This document shows, piece after piece, positions 59,506-64,000 of a stretch of 64,000 bases of DNA (position 1 is its first letter; every line of letters starts with the position of its first letter). The position numbers and the translations under genes are program-made. The notes beneath the pieces are model-generated. The model had not been told where the DNA came from, did not search any database, and saw only the letters and a program-made list of their open reading frames with translations. This stretch comes from Verrucomicrobiales bacterium (GTDB lineage: Bacteria > Verrucomicrobiota > Verrucomicrobiia > Verrucomicrobiales > V1-33): positions 10,472 to 74,471 of the forward strand of contig JANOAV010000044.1 of the NCBI GenBank assembly GCA_031411295.1, given 5' to 3'.

Positions 59506-61095
59506 TTGAAATACGCGATCACCTTCAGCCCGGTTCTACTGCTCGCCTCGCTTACTGCGTTGCGCGGGGCCGATATTCGTTTTGCAGATGTTACGGAACA
59601 GGCGGGGCTGCGGGAGCCGCTCGCGGGGTTGATGGGGCATGGCGGAGCTTGGGGAGATTTTGATGGGGATGGGCGGATTGATTTGTTTGTGGGCGGATTT
59701 GCGGACCGTCCGGATGCGGAGTATGCGCCTGCGGCGGGGCCGGTATTGAACCGATTGTTTCGCAATGCAGGTGGTGGGAAATTTACGGCGGTCGATGTGC
59801 CGGGACTCAGTGTGCCTGCGCGGACGAGCGGGGCGGTTTTTGCCGATCTCGACAATAATGGGACCCTCGAACTTTACGTGGCGAATAACGCGAAGCAGAG
59901 CGCGGGCAAAGCTCAGCAAAAGGCCGCGCAGGCGCAGCACAGCCAGTTGTTTCGTTATGATGCTGGCAAACTCACCGACGTTTCCGTGGCGAGCGGGGCG
60001 TGTCCGGAGTCGCTCTTCACGGCGCGCAATGTGGGCGTGCTGGATTACGATGGCGATGGACTGCTGGACCTTTTGATCGTCGAGGACAAGTTCACCAAGG
60101 CTCCGCGCTCGGTTCTGTTGCGCAATCTCGGCGGACTGAAGTTTACGGACGCCAGCGCAGCGGCCGGGCTGCCCCCGGACGTTTTCGGTCTCGGTCTCGC
60201 GGTGGCGGATGTGAACGAAGACGGGCGGCCGGATTTTTTTGTGGGACACAGCAATCGCCTGTTTCTCAGTCAACCGGGGAATCGGTATCGCGAGGCCGTG
60301 GATCTGGCGTCGGTGTTCAAGCACGCGCCGTTCGATGCGGAGGATTGGCCGTGTGGCGTGGCGTTTGGCGACTTGAATCGTGACGGACGGATGGATCTCG
60401 TGGTCAGCGCACATTCCGTGAAGGCGCGAAACCGGGTGTTTCTCAACGAGGGGATGAAAGATGGAGTGCCGCGCTTTCGGGAAATCACAGCCGAAGCGGG
60501 ACTCGCGGATGTGGTGCCGGTGCGATGCCCGCATGTGGAGATTCAGGATTTCGACAATGATGGCTGGCCGGATATTTACGTGTCGGCAGCGTGGGTGAAC
60601 GACGGAAAGGTGACGCCGCTGATTTATCATCACGATGGTGTGCGGGATGGGGTGCCGCGCTTCTCTCCGCCGCGTCCGATCGCCATGCCGATGGTGTATT
60701 ATCCCGCCGGACCGTCGGGAGACTTTGATGGCGACGGGCGGCTCGATCTATTTCTCGTCAACTGGTTTGCGGGTAATCACTCGCGTCTGCTTCGCAATGA
60801 CGCTGCGGCTAAATCATGGCTCGACGTGCGGGTGAAGGGGCGCACGTTTAACTCGATGGGCCTTGGCTCACGGGTAGAGGTTTTTGCGACGGGGCATTCG
60901 GGCGAACCCGCACATCGGATTGGCGCGCAGGAAATCGGCACAGGCTTTGGATACGCGAGCGGTCAACCGGCGGTCTGTCACTTCGGCTTGGGCACTGCGG
61001 AGACGGTCGATGTGGAAGTGCTCCTGCCGAATGCCGCAGTCGTGAAATTCCCCAAGCTCAAAGTTAGTCAAATCCTTACGGTAGAACAACCATGA
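59506..61095 (+). CDS. FG-GAP/VCBS repeat protein with ASPIC/UnbV C-terminus (CRTAC1 family)
   Basis: Multiple DFDGDGRxDL repeats; C-terminal GFGYASG..HFGLG; TTG start. Confidence 0.88.
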   Translation: MKYAITFSPVLLLASLTALRGADIRFADVTEQAGLREPLAGLMGHGGAWGDFDGDGRIDLFVGGFADRPDAEYAPAAGPVLNRLFRNAGGGKFTAVDVPGLSVPARTSGAVFADLDNNGTLELYVANNAKQSAGKAQQKAAQAQHSQLFRYDAGKLTDVSVASGACPESLFTARNVGVLDYDGDGLLDLLIVEDKFTKAPRSVLLRNLGGLKFTDASAAAGLPPDVFGLGLAVADVNEDGRPDFFVGHSNRLFLSQPGNRYREAVDLASVFKHAPFDAEDWPCGVAFGDLNRDGRMDLVVSAHSVKARNRVFLNEGMKDGVPRFREITAEAGLADVVPVRCPHVEIQDFDNDGWPDIYVSAAWVNDGKVTPLIYHHDGVRDGVPRFSPPRPIAMPMVYYPAGPSGDFDGDGRLDLFLVNWFAGNHSRLLRNDAAAKSWLDVRVKGRTFNSMGLGSRVEVFATGHSGEPAHRIGAQEIGTGFGYASGQPAVCHFGLGTAETVDVEVLLPNAAVVKFPKLKVSQILTVEQP

Positions 61096-62420
61096 AACAC
61101 TCTTTGCTTCACGCCGGGCTGCTGACGGTGCTTGCCAGCGCTGGATTTTCTGCGGACAAACTCGCTGATGTCACCTTTCCACCGCAGCTTCCGCGTGGAG
61201 TGTCGAGCGTTACGGAAAGCTCGCCTGAGTTTCTGCAGCCTCCCGCTGGATTTCCCGCAACTGTGGCCATCGCGAAGACGGCACCGACCGTAGACTTCGC
61301 ATTCTTTCCAGGGCAGGACTATCCAGGAAATCCATGGTCCGCCTGGGGCGACAGTCTTGCGGTAAATGGGAAATATTACGCGGCCGTGGGCGATCATCTC
61401 GCGCCGGGGAATGCCTTCGTTTACGAATACGATCCAGCAACTAAAGGGTTCCGTCAGCTTGCTGATGTGAAGCGGTTACTAAAACTTCCGGACGGCCACT
61501 ACACGCCGGGAAAGATTCACAGCCGGCTCGATCTCGGCAGCGACGGATGGCTCTACTGCTCCACGCATCGTGGTTCCACGCGGATCACGACCGATGCGAA
61601 TTTTTACAAAGGTGACTGGATCATCCGCTGCCATCCGGCGGACGGAAAGTCGGAGATCGTGGCGCAGGCGCCAGTGCCGAAGCATTGCATCCCGTGTAGT
61701 GTGCTGGACGCAACACGGCTCATTTACTACGGCGGCACCGCACCGGGCTCTGCCACCGATCCCTTGGGAATCCAGTTCTTCGCCTATGACATCCGGGAGC
61801 ACAAAGTCCTCTACTCAGGCCCCGATGGACCTGCACGTTACATGGTTTTTGCACCATCCACGGGGCGCGTGTATTTTAACGGCAGCAAGTCTGGCGACCT
61901 CCGGTGCTACGACCCGCAAAAAGGCGGAGCGCCCGTTCGTATTGCAGGAACCATCGGCATCCGCGCGGCGTCAGATGAAACGAAGCAGGGATTCGTTTAT
62001 ACTGTTTCCGAGGGCAAAGCCGGAGAAGCTTCGGTGCTTTATTCGTTCAACACGAAGACCGAGCAGGCCGAAGCGCTCGGGCCTGCTGCGGTGGGCACAC
62101 AGAGCTATATTGCATCGCTCGATGTAGATCCGACTGGCCGCTATCTTTACTACGTGCCCGGTGCCCATGGAGGCAGCGACAAGGATGGTGGTGCGGTGGT
62201 CCAGTTCGACGTAAAGACGAAGACACGGAAAGTGCTCGCGTTTCTCTCTCCCTTTTTCACGCAAAAATACGGCAACACCTTGAAGGGCACCTATAGCACC
62301 GCCCTGGACCCGGCGGGAGACAAACTCTACATTACCTGGAACAACAGCCGCGGAACGAAGGCATGGGATTCCGTCGTCGTGACGGTGGTCCACATTCCGG
62401 AATCGGAGCGGATGCCATAG
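61092..62420 (+). CDS. Secreted beta-propeller protein of unknown function
   Basis: Signal peptide; repeated YDP/beta-strand blades; GKIHS and THRGS motifs. Confidence 0.7.
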   Translation: MKHSLLHAGLLTVLASAGFSADKLADVTFPPQLPRGVSSVTESSPEFLQPPAGFPATVAIAKTAPTVDFAFFPGQDYPGNPWSAWGDSLAVNGKYYAAVGDHLAPGNAFVYEYDPATKGFRQLADVKRLLKLPDGHYTPGKIHSRLDLGSDGWLYCSTHRGSTRITTDANFYKGDWIIRCHPADGKSEIVAQAPVPKHCIPCSVLDATRLIYYGGTAPGSATDPLGIQFFAYDIREHKVLYSGPDGPARYMVFAPSTGRVYFNGSKSGDLRCYDPQKGGAPVRIAGTIGIRAASDETKQGFVYTVSEGKAGEASVLYSFNTKTEQAEALGPAAVGTQSYIASLDVDPTGRYLYYVPGAHGGSDKDGGAVVQFDVKTKTRKVLAFLSPFFTQKYGNTLKGTYSTALDPAGDKLYITWNNSRGTKAWDSVVVTVVHIPESERMP

Positions 62421-62439
62421 CCAGGCGTCTTTTGCATCC

Positions 62440-63648
62440 ATGAAACTGAGAAATATCATCCTCTCAATCCTTGTGCTCTCCCCGCTGGCTGCCGCAAGTC
62501 AGCCTATTAAAGGCGACCCGCCGAAACCTGTCGAAAGCACGCCAACAGGCCATGCGCGCCCCGCATTCTCCTGGGAACGCGTGCCGCAATACATGCATAT
62601 CCGCAAAGCCCAGAAGTTTACGGATGCTGAGATCAAATACCTAGCGTCGTTTCCCTTGTTGACCTTCGAGAAAACGACAGGACACAAGGCTTTCAATAGC
62701 ACCGAGGATGGCACCCTCGCCGCAGCCAAGGCCGTGAAGGCGGTAAATCCCGCTACGAAAATTTTATACTACCGCAATGTGATCGTGCACTATGGCAGCT
62801 ACAAAGCGAATGCAGAAATTGAGAAGATGCCGGGAGCGTTCCTCGTTGGTCGCGATGGCAAAACCAAGCTGGTTCGCAATGCTTGTGAGGCCTACGACTT
62901 GACCAACCCGCAGGTGCGGGACTGGTGGGTCGGCCATGCCAAGCAGGTCTGCGCCGATCCCGCGATCGATGGCCTGTTTCTGGATGGAAATATCAAGGTG
63001 TTGTCGCCCGCATACTTGAAGCGTGACATCGGAGATGAGAAAAAAGCCGCCCAACTCGCTGGATACGAGACCATGATGGGCGAGGCTAGGAAGGCCTTGG
63101 GGCCGGACAAGATCATGCTGGCCAATGTCCTGCGCGTCGGTCAAAGTAAGGATGCCGGCTTGGAGGCGATCAAGCGATTCGACGGCTCCTACATCGAAGG
63201 CTTTGAACTTGCTGCTACTCAGGAACAGAAGAAGGACAATGTGACCAAGGGGATCGAGGCGTTTCAGAAAGCGGCCCGTGACGGGTTCATGATTGCATTC
63301 ACCGCCGGGCTTTCCGAATTAAACGCAGAGGAGGGTGAGCTAAATCCACAGCGCACGGATGAAATCCGCAAAGGGCTGAGTGAGAATGATAATCACAGCA
63401 AGCGGTTCGAGTATCTCCTCGCGCTGTTTCTCACCTGCGCGGAAAAACACAGCTACTTCCTCGCCCACGATGGATACGGCGCGGAACAAAGCAAAGTCTG
63501 GATGAAACGCCCGCCGGAGCTAGAGCGACCACTGGGAGAACCAAAAGGCCCCGCTGTCCGAGATGGATACATCTACACCCGGGAATTCGCCCACGCCAAG
63601 GTGCGCCTGGATATCGAGAACGAGGTTGGCAAGATCAGCTGGAAGTAG
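62440..63648 (+). CDS. Putative glycoside hydrolase, GHL15/GH168 (endo-1,3-fucanase-like) TIM barrel
   Basis: FSWERVPQYMH, EK..G, KILYYRN, YDLTNP.VRDWW, DGLFLD, DGSYIE and LGEPKGPA...YTREF motifs. Confidence 0.72.
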   Translation: MKLRNIILSILVLSPLAAASQPIKGDPPKPVESTPTGHARPAFSWERVPQYMHIRKAQKFTDAEIKYLASFPLLTFEKTTGHKAFNSTEDGTLAAAKAVKAVNPATKILYYRNVIVHYGSYKANAEIEKMPGAFLVGRDGKTKLVRNACEAYDLTNPQVRDWWVGHAKQVCADPAIDGLFLDGNIKVLSPAYLKRDIGDEKKAAQLAGYETMMGEARKALGPDKIMLANVLRVGQSKDAGLEAIKRFDGSYIEGFELAATQEQKKDNVTKGIEAFQKAARDGFMIAFTAGLSELNAEEGELNPQRTDEIRKGLSENDNHSKRFEYLLALFLTCAEKHSYFLAHDGYGAEQSKVWMKRPPELERPLGEPKGPAVRDGYIYTREFAHAKVRLDIENEVGKISWK

Positions 63649-63661
63649 TCTGATATAAAAT

Positions 63662-63683
63662 GAGCTCCCTAAGAGGGGCTTTA
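63662..63683 (+). terminator. Possible weak intrinsic terminator
   Basis: GAGCTCC-CTAAGA-GGGGCTT stem followed by a short T run after the GH gene. Confidence 0.3.
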
Positions 63684-63718
63684 ACAATTCAACGAAACAA
63701 TCAAGGAAAGCGAGCGCT

Positions 63719-64000
63719 ATGAAACACACCCTCACACTCCTCACCGCCCTACTGCTCGCGCCGCTGACCGCGCCGCACGCCGCCGAGTCGTCGCCCCCCG
63801 ATCCCTGGCAACCCGTGACCGCTGCTATCGAGGCATCGCAGTCCGAGTTTCCGAGTGGGCTCACCTTGGAAGTGATGACTCCGGCGGGCGTTGTGTTCTC
63901 ACGGAACTTCGGCGGATTCTCCAACTCAAGACGCGCGGTCATCGCATCGGCCTCCAAGTGGGTCACGGCCACGGTGCTCCTGCGGATCGTGGAGCACGGC
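63719..64000 (+). CDS. Secreted serine hydrolase (beta-lactamase/AmpC family), truncated by the window end
   Basis: Not in the ORF track; ATG 63719 gives MKHTLTLLTALLLAPLTAPHAAE...IASASKWVTATV (SxxK motif). Confidence 0.75.
   Translation, partial: MKHTLTLLTALLLAPLTAPHAAESSPPDPWQPVTAAIEASQSEFPSGLTLEVMTPAGVVFSRNFGGFSNSRRAVIASASKWVTATVLLRIVEHG

Overview
A GC-rich bacterial chromosome segment, most likely from Verrucomicrobia (PVC superphylum). This is inferred from a giant autotransporter-repeat PEP-CTERM protein, an exosortase, the DUF1552/DUF1592 pair and many sulfatases. In order, the window holds: (1) the 3' 7.3 kb of a mosaic PEP-CTERM surface protein; (2) housekeeping genes folA, msrB and folP, and an NlpC/P60 protein; (3) a B12-dependent CarH-type photoreceptor divergent from a fatty acid desaturase, with CarH-consensus 11-bp direct repeats between them; (4) peptidases, a TPR-like protein and an exosortase; (5) a lower-GC array of orphan Rhs toxin/immunity modules (22.5-27.3 kb). 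One toxin tip looks like a restriction-endonuclease fold and the other like Bacillus Tgl transglutaminase; each module is followed by a repeated ~250-bp spacer, and the array is bracketed by GTAG hairpins; (6) the DUF1552/DUF1592 pair, an NRAMP-like transporter, thiG, sucC and a Fic protein; (7) a patatin / PaaK-like ligase / FadI / FadJ / acyl-CoA dehydrogenase operon; (8) a 15-kb run of secreted enzymes with a shared stereotyped leader peptide: five sulfatases, an unknown alpha/alpha protein, an FG-GAP protein, a beta-propeller and a GH168-like fucanase. Several REP/REPIN-like palindromes occur, two of them inserted in frame within coding sequences. No rRNA, tRNA, CRISPR array, integrase or transposase was seen. 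All family calls come from motif recognition by eye, not database searches.
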